64,000 bases of DNA from Balanoglossus misakiensis (taxonomy: Eukaryota; Animalia; Hemichordata), in NCBI GenBank assembly GCA_040954595.2, contig CM082576.2, forward strand, positions 418,548 through 482,547, read 5' to 3'. The notes beneath the pieces were generated by a model, which was given only the letters and a program-made list of their open reading frames with translations, ran no database searches and was not told the DNA's origin. Shown here piece after piece: positions 63,601 to 64,000 of the stretch. The position numbers and the translations under genes are program-made. Each line of letters begins with the position of its first letter. Within the stretch, counting starts at the first letter, position 1.

Positions 63601-64000
63601 CCCAAAATGAGAATTTTTCGACTTTGCGGATTTCAAAATTTGGCCGATTTTTTGAAAAAATCATGGGTTATAGCTCATGAAAATCATCCCAAAATGAGAA
63701 TTTTTGACTTTGCGGAATTTCAAAATTTGGCCGATTTTTGAAAAAAATCATGGGTTATAGCTCATGAAAATCATCCCAAAATGAGAATTTTTCGACTTGC
63801 GGAATTTCAAAATTGGCCGATTTTTGAAAAAATCATGGGTTATAGCTCATGAAAATCATCCCAAAATGAGAATTTTTCGACTTTGCGGAATTTCAAAATT
63901 TGGCCGATTTTTGAAAAAATCATGGGTTATAGCTCATGAAAATCATCCCAAAATGAAGAATTTTTCGACTTTTGCGGAATTTCAAAATTTGGCCGATTTT
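51611..64000 (+). repeat. Satellite subfamily B, 87-bp monomer CATGGGTTATAGCTCATGAAAATCATCCCAAAATGAGAATTTTTCGACTTTGCGGAATTTCAAAATTTGGCCGATTTTTGAAAAAAT, ~142 copies, running off the window end
   Basis: Highly homogeneous tandem array; 29-aa periodicity in the ORF track. Confidence 0.98.

Noticed and set aside
51626-63741. Long repetitive ORFs (e.g. 827 aa of MRIFRLCGISKFGRFLKKSWVIAHENHPK)
   Set aside because: Artefact of an 87-bp (29-codon) satellite lacking stops in one frame; broken by random indels; no synonymous-site variation pattern.
49954-64000. CRISPR-like array
   Set aside because: No unique spacers, whole monomers are repeated, no cas genes, eukaryotic context.

Overview
This is eukaryotic (invertebrate animal, probably ambulacrarian deuterostome such as a hemichordate) genomic DNA, so most ORF-track entries are spurious or exon fragments. 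3.7-12.7 kb (+) holds the 3' two-thirds of an intron-rich cyclic-nucleotide-gated (CNG) channel gene: S4 through pore, C-linker, CNBD, coiled coil and tail, with 14 in-phase exons reconstructed by hand. Its pore-loop exon exists as two tandem 79-nt copies, 56 nt apart, that can only be used one at a time: one encodes a CNGA-type filter (TIGE), the other a CNGB-type filter (TIGG). This is the standout observation. 22.4-27.1 kb (+) is a complete 3-exon Msxlx-type NK-class homeobox gene. 33-41 kb is repeat-rich: a foldback element with 280-bp arms, a ~130-bp minisatellite, an ~827-bp triplication, a 5'-truncated L2-type LINE with TSD, and an outlier satellite block. 49.8-64 kb is an 87/88-bp satellite array with an inverted edge, two subfamilies and a ~31-mer higher-order duplication.
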